Source of the DNA: Balanoglossus misakiensis | Taxonomy: Eukaryota; Animalia; Hemichordata | Length of the DNA stretch: 64,000 nucleotides | NCBI GenBank assembly: GCA_040954595.2 | Contig: CM082595.2 | Span: forward strand, 124,001 to 188,000 | Direction of reading: 5' to 3' | Shown here: positions 37,701 through 49,968 of the stretch, one piece after another | Layout of the letters: each line of letters starts with the position of its first letter | Numbering within the stretch: position 1 is the first letter of the stretch | Made by a program: the position numbers and the translations under genes | Notes under the pieces: model-generated | Database searches by the model: none | What the model saw: only the letters and a program-made list of their open reading frames with translations | Told to the model about the DNA's origin: nothing

Positions 37701-40700
37701 GATAAGGCCAAAGATGACTCAGAGGTAGGCTTTTATTTAAGTACATTTTTCTGTTTTATATTAATACTAGTTGCACTTCGTTTACATTATTAGCTGGTTA
37801 AAGGGACAAAGCTCCTAAGTTTTTACTTTATTTTGGTTGTTTTGGATTCTTTTTGAGAGACCTTTTTATATTTTCTACAACTGTCTGCATGAAGAGATCT
37901 TGCTGAACAACAATAGTGGCACAGGACGATTTGACCTTGGGACCCCTCAAAATCTTCAGCTGAGCCTAATTTGCTCAAAAATAGATACATCAATGCGTAT
38001 TCTCTTATATTATAGTTATTAAATCTACAAACAGTGTTAGTCAAAATTTGAGGCATATATGTATGTATGTAATTTTGTTAATATGTGATACCGGTATGTG
38101 TTGAGAAACATACCATTTCTTGATGTGTAACAATTCTTTGATACATTTTTGGTACAATTTACAAGGATGGCAAGGAGATATTTGAGGTGAGCAAACAAAT
38201 TGCACAAACATGCAAATTAGTCTCTGTAGTTTTTCTTAGTGATACGGTAGTAATGTCCTTTTGTAATGCATGTGTAAAACTTTTTTTTTCTTCACAACTT
38301 TTGTCTACTTTCTGTCTTCTGTGTGTTATAGCATCATTAACATTGTTCAGCTTATTGGAACAGCTAGACTCTGTGATTGTGTAATTTTCCTGAAATTTCT
38401 TTCTATTCTTAATATTCTGGTTAGAGGGATCTAATTGTCTTTCTGATCTTATTCCTTTCTGATAAACGAGTTATCAACTGTAAGGAACAATTTTCAGATA
38501 GCCCGCTTGTTTGTGAGACCTATGCACTTTTTTGAAGTGTGAAATTTTAAAAGAGAAACAAAAGATAGAATGAGAGAGCTGCTACAGGTGGACATCTTGA
38601 CAGTCGGGTACCGTGCACTGATGGCGTTTAAGTCCTCTTCTTAACTCAGTTTTGTTTTGTTTTTTGTGTTTTTTGTCTTGTCCATGATGACCATTCCAGG
38701 AGGAAGTTGAACCAGCCAAGTATTTCCGGATTCTTCGACTGAATGCCCCAGAATGGCCCTACATTGTGATTGGTTGTTTCTGGGCAGCTGTAGCAGGTGT
38801 TACTTTCCCCATCTGGGCAATTTTCTTCAGTGAAGTTGTCAATGTAAGATTCTTCTCCACTGAATTTGAGACTATTATTTTTCTGAAGTCCCTGAGATGC
38901 ATACTGATTTCTAAATTCTGTCTGCTTTTGCTTGTGTCCTGCAGCTTTTTACACTACCACCGGATGAGATGAAAGAAAAGGCTTTCTTTTGGTCTATGAT
39001 GTACCTGGTGCTGGGCTGTGTAATTGGCCTCTCCAACTTCTTCTTCAGTTGGATGTTTGGCACCTCTGGTGAGAAGTTGACCAAGAGAATGCGATCAAAG
39101 GCCTTCAAAGCAATCCTACGGCAGGTCTGTCACACATAAGTCTTAACAATTCTTGCATCAGAAACATTCAGAAAAGACTTGGGATAAAGTGTTTATGCCC
39201 AGTATTCTGGCCTTTGAATGATATTTAGACTTTGTTACAATGCAGTTGTTTGGATCTAGTTATATGCAGCAGCATTAGATCATAATTACTTGATGACCAT
39301 CACTACATTGTACCTGCTCATCACTGCTTTGTAACAATGATTCCATGATTTGATTGACAGGACATTGGTTGGTTTGACGACCCACGACACAACACTGGTG
39401 CCTTGACAACAAGACTTGCAACTGATGCATCCAACATCAAAAATGTAAGTGCACTGGTTGCCATAGCACCATCTAGATCATGGACTGAGAGAAGATGTAG
39501 TGTCACAAGCTGAAGGGCGAAAAAATAGGAAATTTGAGCACATGACCCAAGAATACATTGCATTGACCCTGAGAAAGAATAGAAGTACTAAACAATTTTA
39601 AATACAAGCTCTATCCTCAAATTCTTGTTGCAACAGGCCACTGGTGTTCGCATAGGTTCAATTCTTCAGTCTCTAGTCAGTATGATAGCTGCTTTGGTAA
39701 TTGCGTTCATCTACGGCTGGAAACTGGCCCTAGCTATCCTGGCCTCTTTGCCTCTTGTTGCATTGGCTGGATTTATTAACATGAAGGCCGTCCACGGACA
39801 CCAGAAGAAAGACCAGGAACTTCTGGAAAATGCTGGCAAGGTATGTAGTGGAACCTATATTAACTGAACCCTGTGTAAACTGGAAATGCTTCTATCAGTT
39901 GTTTCCTCTAGTTCCTGTATCTTAGACATGTTATTAGCCATGTTTAGATGCATCAACTGAATGCATGACATAAATGAGATCAACATTATGTGTTAGAAGT
40001 AGGCACAGTTTCCATGACAAAGGTGACAAACTCACATTCTAAATCCGACCAACTATAAACAGACATTATGACACAAAGTTCTTGTTTGCTCTATTCATGT
40101 TTGTTGTTTGATTCCTCCTCAGACTGCCGCAGAAGCAATTGAGAATATGCGTACTGTGGCATCACTGACGAGAGAACCAACATTTTATGAGACATACTGT
40201 CAGCACCTAGAGAAACCATTCAGGTGAGATATGCCATTGATAATCTTCAGATTCAAGTGTGTTGCCATCCTTGTTTCACAGTCAATCATTTTGTATGCAA
40301 TTACCTTGTATGACACAATTTATACCTTAGTATGAAGAAAGCAAGGAAATACAAATTGGATATATTTTAATTAATTTTATGTTTTACGTTGTCCCAGAAA
40401 TGCAATCAAAAATGCCCAGGTCTATGGAGTGGCATTTGGTTTCTCCCAAGGAATCATGTTTTTCCTGTACGCTGGTGCGTTCCGCTTTGGGGCTTATCTG
40501 GTTGGAATCAATGAAATGGAAATGCAAAATGTTTTCAAGTAAGATCTCATTATCTTCTGTCATAAATAGTATAAAAGCTATTGATATTAACAACCTAATT
40601 TTATTTAGAGGTATTATGCTTTTCACTGGGCAGTACTGCTATTTTACATGTTAAACCTCACATAATATTGACATGTACATTGTTTCAATTCATGAATTTC

Positions 40701-42419
40701 TTTTCAGGGTGTTTTTCGCCATAGCCTTTGCTGGTATGGCTGTTGGCCAATCAGCATCATTCCTGCCAGATTTCTCAAAAGCAAAACACTCAGCCAGTAT
40801 GATATTTAAATTACTTGACACAACACCAGAAATTGATATCTATTCAGACAAGGGCGACAAACCTGTAAGTACAACATTTCACCCTTTCATCCCCATTTCC
40901 CTCTGTAGAGGTCCAACTTTACCATAGAAAACAATGGTCTTGGACCGAACCATGGAGGTGAAAGGGTTAAGCATCATGAACCCTCTACACAACACATGAT
41001 TTTTTCACACTGTACAGTAATATTCTATTTTCAAATTTTAGTTTCCCTATTCAACCCTGTAGTGAGATACAAAATTACAATTCAAATTTTATTTTCATGC
41101 TAACAACTAGCTTTCTTTTCTTTAATTTTATCTCCGTTTTGAAGACAACTGCACATAATTTGAATGTTACTTTAGGGATGGTAATGTTTGACATAACTTA
41201 TTTTTTTTTTTTTTTCAAACCAAGGATTATTTAGGTGGAGAAGTCACCTATCAGAATGTGTTCTTCAACTATCCAACCAGACCAGATGTAAAGGTCTTGA
41301 AGGGTATTAACTTGAATGTCAAACCAGGACAAGTGATTGCTTTGGTCGGTGCCAGTGGCTGTGGCAAAAGTACAATTGTATCACTGTTGGAAAGATTCTA
41401 TGATGCTGAAGGAGGCGGAAAAATTGTGAGTGAAATTGCAAGAAATTGTCTTAAATAATTGATAGTTCATATGTAACAATCATAGCAAACCTGTACTTGC
41501 AAATTTTGCAAACATTATTGATGTATGTTTCACTTTTTGTTTTCAAGATACTAGATGGCAGAGACATTCGGGAACTCAATCTCCATTGGTTGAGGAAACA
41601 GATGAGTATAGTCAGCCAGGAACCAATCCTCTTTGACCGCACAATTGCTGAGAACATTGCATATGGAGTCGAAGGCGAAGTACCTCAACATGAGATTGAA
41701 GAGGCTGCCAGAACTGCCAATATACATGATTTCATTGCCAGCCTTCCAAAGGTACAGCACAACTGTGTTATATACTAGTCAGTGATTCAGCTAAGCTGTA
41801 TAAGATCTAATGAGTTTGGTGGTCTGCTTTTCAAACATTGAATTATATGCTTTCAAATCACATTGAAGTCACACTTCCCAGGTCACAAACATTGTAAGCT
41901 GTCCAGGTGTACATGAATGTATTATTCAAATTCTTGCAGGGCTACGAGACAGAAGTCGGTGAGAAAGGCACCCAGCTCTCAGGTGGCCAGAAACAACGCG
42001 TGGCCATTGCAAGAGCATTGATTAGAAATCCTACAGTCCTGCTTTTGGATGAGGCAACATCAGCCTTAGACACTGAAAGTGAAAAAGTGAGTCCAACTCT
42101 TTCACACTAAAATGCTTTATCAATGATAACCACTATCAAACAATTTTCTGATACTAACAAGATTTTCTTTACATTTATCCTAACATCCTCTTTGACTGTT
42201 TTTGGTTTATTTCACACTCAGGTTGTGCAGGCGGCTTTGGACAATGCTATGGAAGGGAGATCTTGCATAGTCATCGCACATCGTCTGTCGACAGTCCAAA
42301 ATGCAAGTCAGATCTTGGTTATTGAAGATGGTCGTGTTGTTGAGGAAGGAAATCACCAACAACTACTTGCACAGAAGGGGGCCTATCACACTTTGACAAG
42401 TGGACAGAGATTAGCCTAA
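31766..42419 (+). CDS. ABCB1: ABC transporter B family full transporter (P-glycoprotein/MDR1-like)
   Basis: The probable first coding exon 31766-31893 ([12 protein letters not shown]...) joins in phase 2 to 33241-33292, followed by FRYSTWLD. There are two TMDs and two NBDs, each NBD with Walker [13 protein letters not shown], the signature [19 protein letters not shown] and IAHRLST. The stop is at 42417-42419. The start exon is less certain than the rest. Confidence 0.95.
33022..33093 (-). mobile_element. Degenerate inverted copy of the TTAA MITE family
   Basis: TAGAGGTCCAACCTTATACCACAGAAAACAATGGGCTTTGACTGAACCATGG is an imperfect reverse complement of the core of the 13631 copy. Confidence 0.65.
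40878..40970 (-). mobile_element. Near full-length inverted copy of the TTAA MITE family in an ABCB1 intron
   Basis: TTCACCCTTTCATCCCC...AGAGGTCCAACTTTACCATAGAAAACAATGG...GGTGAAAGGGTTAA. Confidence 0.8.
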
Positions 42420-44112
42420 TGTTGATAATCTTGCATACACTATCTTATTTTTAAGGAGTGTACTTAATACATGAGGGTTCACCCGAAACTAGGAAAGTAA
42501 GTGATCAGGAATTCTTGTGACAACAGCATATTTTATGCGAATTATGTTTTTACAGTACCGTTAAATAATTCAATGCATTTTAGCCATAGAAAATTCATTA
42601 TGCGCACATTTACAATTATAGAAGTTGTTCAAACTTTTAAACTGATCATTCAAGAATATTTTTATAATTTAAAAACTTTTATATTTCTTGAATCAATTAG
42701 GATAATTATATGTGAAAGAGATCTTGTATCAAGACTAGAGAATTGATTTCAGGAGTTCTACAAATTTTATCGGATTATTTTGATATGTGATGCAACTACC
42801 ATCACATAATCAGGGTTCAGAAGAATGCAGGTAGTTGTACCTTTGCAAAAGCATATCCCTCCAAACCAGTACTCAGATTAGAATAGCATATGCTTCAATC
42901 AGTCAGTGCAATAATTGTGCCTTTGGCAAAGTGAGTTTTTCGGATAATGTATAGATGTTTATAATTGTACATGAATTGTATGCATACACACAAAGCTTGG
43001 TTTCTTGAATTAATTTTCACCTGAGAGCTCACCTGTCTTATGCACTGTAGGAGGGTGATTTTTGCCTCAGTTCAAGATGTGTCCGTCTTATCCTACTCTT
43101 TATTATCGAGCCTATTCTTTCTGTAAACAATAGCATTATGTCAAAAAGCTGAAAAAACTTACTAAGGGTAAAATGTTTGTATTTTGTGTGAAGTTATACT
43201 GTCTTACAACACTGGAGAATGTACAAGTTTCTTGCACTTTGTAATGTATTCTTCATTCCAATCTGTTTTTAAATAAAACATTTTTATGATCAAGATCAGG
43301 TTTTAGCAGACACAGATCTCGTTCATTCTTTTATCATACCAGTTTCTCAAAAATAACACAGTCGCAAGAGAGTAACAGCTTTTAGATATTTAATGATTAC
43401 GATATATGCCTTTTGAAATAGACATCAATATTGTGCACACCATTCTCGATTTTTCAACATGGTGGCTGAAAATAATTTATACTTGGATGTATTCAATATG
43501 TTCACACTTACAGTCATGATCTGTTAAAATGCACACTTAATTAGTAATCGAAAATCAAAAATAATGACACAGAATAATTAACTCTATGTATTAGTAACGT
43601 CTCTGTGTTAATTAATGCCCACAATTGAATTTTTTTTCTGTTAAATCTAGTTATACAGATGCAATGTTGCCATGTTGTCAATTTAAAGCAGAAAAGTTAA
43701 ACTTACATGATGAAAAGACAATAAATGAAGTTAAATGTACAATTGTGTTAGTATGGAAGGACAAGGATGACAGTTTTCATAAAGTCGTTATTAAACGGGT
43801 CGCCAGTTTAGTAAATGACATTTAAAGGTATACAATCACCTCTAATTATCAAATATCCATATATGGTCAAATAGTGTGTGAAAGTCATTGAATGACCACT
43901 TTGGGGCACACTATTTTCAGTGGCCATTCACCGGAATCTGATTGGTTAGATCCAAAGTAGCCATGTTGACTGTTCATAAATTTGCATAAGGGACTATTTA
44001 CCTGTAAGTTTTGCCTGTACTTTGTCAGCTCTAAATATTGATGTTAAACACACTCAACTGTAGTCGCTATACTCTTTGGGTACCTGACATGTAAATGCAG
44101 GTTCATTGTCTT

Positions 44113-47100
44113 TTAAACAACACAGCATGAGTCCCACATGGCAACTGTAATTTCAAATTCATCTTGTACGAGATAAACTGCAGCTGTGTCTCCTGGAAAC
44201 ATACAAAAACAAAGAAATAGAAAATAATAAATACATTGCAGTGATCTGATAACTGAATATAGCGAAAGCGGTTTTCGGGTCTTTGATGTGATAATCATAT
44301 CCATCTTATGGTTATTTTTTTTCCGTCAACATTGTGGGGAGTTTGTACAGAAATACATATTAATACTCACCGACCCAAACACCACTGAAAGTTTCAACAT
44401 GACCTAAACCATCTGCTGGAAATGAAATGTCTTCTGCCAGAAATTGTTCCCTGAACAACGGTGACACAGAGTAAGACAGATCCTGTTCCAGGTACAGGTA
44501 AGCACGCCCTCTTCTGCCAATACCTATGCTTCTTGTCGAATTGACGCCGATAAAGTTCGACACTGATTGTACCAAACCTGTTGTAACAACCAGAGGTATT
44601 ATTTGGCCTTCTTTAATGAATATTACTTTGTTTTAAATATCCATTAAGTACAATTGTCTCCTTAATTTTGCTGAAGTATACCTATCAGGTGAGATGGGTT
44701 GGCTTTGCACTTAGATACTATAAGTTAAACATGCAGTTACAGAAATGATTCTTAATGAGACCAGAAAAGTAGTTCCTAAGCTGCTCAAATATTACTTACC
44801 GTACCAACCCTGCGAGTTCCTTGTGAAACACCTGTAGAAAAGAGCAAGTTTGATGTCATTAATGTATTTAATTTTTCGTCATGTTGTACTTTCAAAAATT
44901 GTTTTTACTAGTTGGTTATAATGTACAGTATTCAGAATTAATTATGTTAAATTGTGTAAAAAATTTACCTTTGTACCACTGTGGTGTCACAAACGGTGAC
45001 TCTCTCATCCACATCCACCAGGTAAGACCTTTCATAAAACCCTGGAAAAGTGAACAATTTCTCAGTGTTCTGGCAAATGCATTTGTTTGTGATGTCACTC
45101 AAGACAACTTTAGAGGATTGTGGAAAAAATACTTGTCTGACACCGAATGGTTGATTATTGCATTGGATTGAGCAATGAAATCACAAAAACTAACCTGGAA
45201 GTACTTCAGTATCACCGACAATCGCAGTGGTTTCCGTCGTCAGAGCTGTAAGGGTTTTTGAGAAATATCAATATACCAATAGGGCTAGTAGTGTCTCGAA
45301 ACCCGCTTAATGCTGTTCACAGCTATATTTTATTATGTAATGAGCTTGCTGTATTCAACAGCTATCAGTTTCATTTCTGACGCTATAATAAATTGGTGAT
45401 ACATATAAAATAGTCTGAAAGGAAAAGGCTGTGTGACTTACCACTGATGCTATCCATGGTGAGTGTAAATGATTCCAAAGGAAGAAAAAATGTATTTCCA
45501 TCAACCGAGTTCCACACGAGTTCAACAACACCCACGATTATGTTTGGTTCCACATCTGTTTTGTAACTGGAATCGATGGTCAGGTTTATGCAGACTCTGG
45601 ATTGTTGGGTCAACGATATATTGTGCATCTACAGAGAAAATGAACAAAACATACCCAATCGTTATCCTAAATTGAATGTTTACAACATAATTCAACACAC
45701 ACGCAACTTGGATAGAAAATTATATTGTAGCTTAAATTTACAGTATTTACTTTACCTTGATCGTCTTGGAGAAGATCTCTGAATGAAGGGACGGTGGCAA
45801 TGTCATTGCGACCCATTCTGTTAACACTACATCGGTCACAACTCCTGGCAGGTACATTTTGCATGAAACACTATATGCTTCACTCTGAGATACGGAACTG
45901 TGTATTATACTTGTGCAAAGAGTTACAGTACTGCTGCAATGGGAAACATTAATATATTTATATCAATTGTAAATATTCAGGTATATCAATTACTGCATTG
46001 TTTCTTGATTGCAAACGTTTTCTGATTATTTTAAGGAAACCTTTTTGGACCAACTTACCCTGGACGTACATTAGTGCTGGGTGAAACAGTCAAGTCGTGA
46101 AATCTCAGATTGGGATCCCCATCAATGTTTGGCGGAGACATCGTAGGCAAACTGGTTGTGGTTGGGGTTGAAGTCACTGATGTTGTCGTTGATTCTGTGG
46201 TCGCAGAACCAGTTGTATAGACTGGTGCTGTTGGTGTAGATGTTGTGAGAACATTGGTTGCCGGTGGCGCTGTGGTAGGCGCTGGGTATGTTGGCCTAGA
46301 TGTTGGTTGGACGCTGGTTGTCGTTGGTGTTGTAGTTATCCCTGGTGCTGTCGTTGATACTGTGGTGGTCGCAGAACCAGTTGTATAGACTGGTGCTGTT
46401 GGTGTAGATGTTGTGAGAACATTGGTTGCCGGTGGCGCTGTGGTAGGCGCTGGGTATGTTGGCCTAGATGTTGGTTGGACGCTGGTTGTCGTTGGTGTTG
46501 TAGTTATCCCTGGTGCTGTCGTTGATTCTGGGGTGGTCGCAGAACCAGTTGTATAGACTGGTGCTGTTGTCGGTGTGACTGCAGTTTGCCCCGGGGTTGA
46601 TGGAGCAGACGTTGACCGGGCACTCATCGTTGCTGTTGTTTTCAGCAGCGTTGTTGCCATGAGATATTTAATGGTGATGGTAAATGGTAGAGAAATAGAA
46701 CAAAATTAGATCATGGAACACATGCAAAATACACATTGTAGAAATATTCATTCAGACAGGGATTTATATTGATATGGACGTTGTACACAGATCATTGAGA
46801 GAATAAATATAAAGATTGACTCACTAGGAATGTCACAAGTATCAACAAACTGCACGTCACTGGTGATATATGAATCTGGGATGATTTCTGTGATGTTGAA
46901 CTCTGCCGTTACACCTGTGCTTGCGATGGCTTTAACGACAAAGGGAGGTGCCATTGCGGAGGGGCTTTCATAATATCCATTGCGATCCAGCACCATGGGC
47001 ACCCAGGTTCCGTCCACCAGCACTTCCATTCCGACATTGGGGTAACGGATATAAACAGGTTTGATGTCAAACCCATATATGCTAGAACCAGATCGAAACT

Positions 47101-49968
47101 GCAAAAAGGAGTGAAATAAGGGTTATCCATCAAATACAAGTAAGATGTATTGGGTTGGGTTTAAATGGGAACTCATCTCTGCATCATATATATCCACATT
47201 GCAGGGGCCAGTTAGTCATAACAGATGATCTTCCGGTCATGTTCGCCAAGTGACACAAGCAAAGCTTTGGTGCAGAGATTAACAATAATTCTAACTTGTA
47301 TGTCTTTTAAGACAATGGGCCAAGTGTTGTTTGTACTGTGTCACATGAGACGTTTTATGGAGTTCGAAAAATGCTCCTTCGTGACAGGTACCTTAAATTT
47401 GATGTTGTCCACGTATGGGCAAGGAACGACTCGCCAGGTAATAGAATCTGGTATTGTCGTCACTATGGTGTAGTATATTTCTTCTGGTATAAGAAGATCT
47501 GTCGGTTCTCCGGCCTTATAATTTTCCACAATCGTGAGAGTGGCGTTTCCAACAGGTCCTGTAACCTCGATACATTGTCCACAGTTCTGAAAGTCAAATG
47601 GCGGGAATCTGTTAGTCTCTGAAGGCTTCTAAATTCGACAAGTCTCCCTCTTTCATTCATTCATTCTTGAAAACCCACATGGATTTTATTTACTACATCA
47701 AATGCATCCAAGTCTAGTAGAATTTCTGTTTCAATTCTGGACAACTCTACCGTACATTACCAATCATTGGAATTTTTATAACTTAATGCCTACCTGGCCA
47801 TCTAGGAGATATCCAATACCAGCGATATAGGGACTCATGTCAGTGATGTCGCACCCACCACCGCTGAGAGATCCAGCCGGTTTCGCAAGTCCTGCGTATG
47901 GTCCCCCTAAATCATCACATGTGACAGACACCGTCTCTGTATAAAACAAACAACAGGGATAAAAATGTTTTTAAAGATCTTTTCCCGTAGCTGTTATCCG
48001 TAATATAAGATACATAATCGTATGTCGGTTAGTCGAGTACTTCAACGTTAAAAGTAGGCTATACTCAATCAATCAATCAATTAAGTTTAAAGTTGCATTT
48101 TACACTAGTCGAGTACAAGTACACTTTATAGTCCTGCGTGAATACAATAAACATTAATGGAGAATGATGATCACAGATATAACATCGAACTTTGGTTTCC
48201 GAATTTAGAGTCGTGCATTATGACTATATAGGCCAACAGCTGACTACATTCAAATTAAAAGTCATTTTATATATTCACAAAAACGTTACTGACAGCACGA
48301 ATCGCACAATAGATCGTTATCGGCACGAGAAATAAAACTATTGACAAAAGGCGGCCTCAGAATTGCAAGCTGATCGAATTTGTCGATTTGATCGACGAAT
48401 CCAATAAGAGGAAAAGCATTAAAGCCTCTTTCTACGACTTTCCAGACGTGTTCTTGTTTCTTTCATAAACGGGGAAACAAAATCTCCTTTGTGTGTATTT
48501 CATGGTTGAGAAGAATGGTGACTGGTATTGATTCAAAAGATGGATTTTAGCTCGTTAGTTTTTATGCAAACATTACTGCAGGTAATACAATTGGTATATT
48601 GTTAAGCCCAACATGATTTTTGTGGCGGTACATTTTGTGTGATAAAGTTCAGAATATGCAACTAATTAGCCATTTCTTTGTTCAGGTGTTTATTTGTGGT
48701 GGAATAAAATCAATTTGATTCATAATTGCTTGGCGTTTCCTCGCTTCCAGAATCAATCAAAAAATGAAAATGCATAATCTTTTCCTGTGGTGCCACATTT
48801 CCCTTAAATTGATTTGTTGTAAACCGGTCTTTCGTGGTGGTGTACAAATTCTTGAAATGTAGGTGGTTGCAAATCTCTTGAAAGTATGGTCAGTCTGCAA
48901 CACCTTATTTTGCTTTCTTATATAAGAAACCAATGTTCTAACAGTAGGATGGTATATGAGATACATCTGATACATCTATTAATCATCACCTTATTGAATG
49001 AGTGACAAAGTTAATATAAGAGAGAGAAAGAAAATGGCACGCTTTCTGTAATGAAACCCCACATGTTTGTTTGTAAAAAAATAAAGATAATTTTCCTCTG
49101 GCATGTTCATTGGATCAATACTGTGGTCAATATATTGACGTCTTATCAACAGAAAGCTTTTTAACGGAAGTAGGTGTCATAAACGCATAGTCAAAATCAT
49201 CAACAACATCGACTAAGAATGAAGCTGGTGTCATCATGAGTACATCGTACGCGTGTAACATGTTCAGATTTGGGAATGAAAATAGCAGGAGAGAGAAAGG
49301 AACAAAGGCTTTCGGTTCACCAATATCCTGGACACCCAAAATACATCAAAATCCATCTGGACCAGCTTTATGAAAGCCGTTTCCTACCTTTAAATTAAAT
49401 TTTGAACATATACGAAATATAAATGTAAATATCTGTTTATCTCAAAATTAAGTTTTACATTAATAGAATATCTCCTAATTTTCTCTGAATTATCTTAATT
49501 TAAGCAAACTATTGACACACACGATATTTAAAAACAGGATTAGCGATTTTCGAAACCCTAAAATGGGATTTAAAAATGACAGTACACACATCTTTCAGAT
49601 TATTTTGATCATTGCAGCTATCTGTTCTGCGGGGTGTTTTTTCTTACCCAAATTCCCCTTTTAAGACCTCCAAAAACACTTGCAGTACTATACATGTTGA
49701 TGATACAGAGACAAAATTCATAGAGTTGCTCATTCTTATATAGTTCTTTGGTGTAAAAAACATTTGACCAAGAAAGTTGGGATTAAAAATATGCTGTCGC
49801 GAACCTTAAATGGTACTGCACTTTTTCTTCTCCAGAAAACAAGCAGTTTCTTAGTTACAACGTGTTACAGATGTCGAAATGACCAATCAATTACTGACTG
49901 ATGAAGAAACTACACTCACCGGCAAACCAAGAAAATAACAGCAGTAGTGACAAAAACAAGCTTGCCAT
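44113..49968 (-). CDS. Secreted protein: signal peptide + expansin-like module (DPBB + CBM63) + Thr/Pro-rich mucin-like stalk + uncharacterised C-terminal region
   Basis: A phase-consistent exon chain runs 49968-49920, 47936-47794, 47586-47392, 47098-46825, 46632-46059, 45897-45756, 45628-45442, 45245-45195, 45041-44969, 44831-44800, 44577-44371, 44192-44113. Expansin-like motifs are GGGC, CGQCIEVTGPVG, ITWRVVPCP, FRSGSS, RYP...DGTWVPM and SDVQF. Confidence 0.8.
46185..46569 (-). repeat. Coding tandem repeat, 168-bp (56-aa) unit, about 2.3 near-identical copies
   Basis: TCGCAGAACCAGTTGTATAGACTGGTGCTGTT recurs at 46201, 46369 and 46537; the unit encodes TAPVYTTGSATT...NVLTTSTP. Confidence 0.95.

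Noticed and set aside
44113-44127. C-terminal CCVV as a CaaX prenylation motif
   Set aside because: The protein has a signal peptide and mucin stalk, so it should be luminal or extracellular and inaccessible to prenyltransferases.
45756-45778. 23-nt microexon in the expansin-like gene
   Set aside because: It shifts the next exon into a frame with a stop; the longer exon 45897-45756 keeps the frame open.
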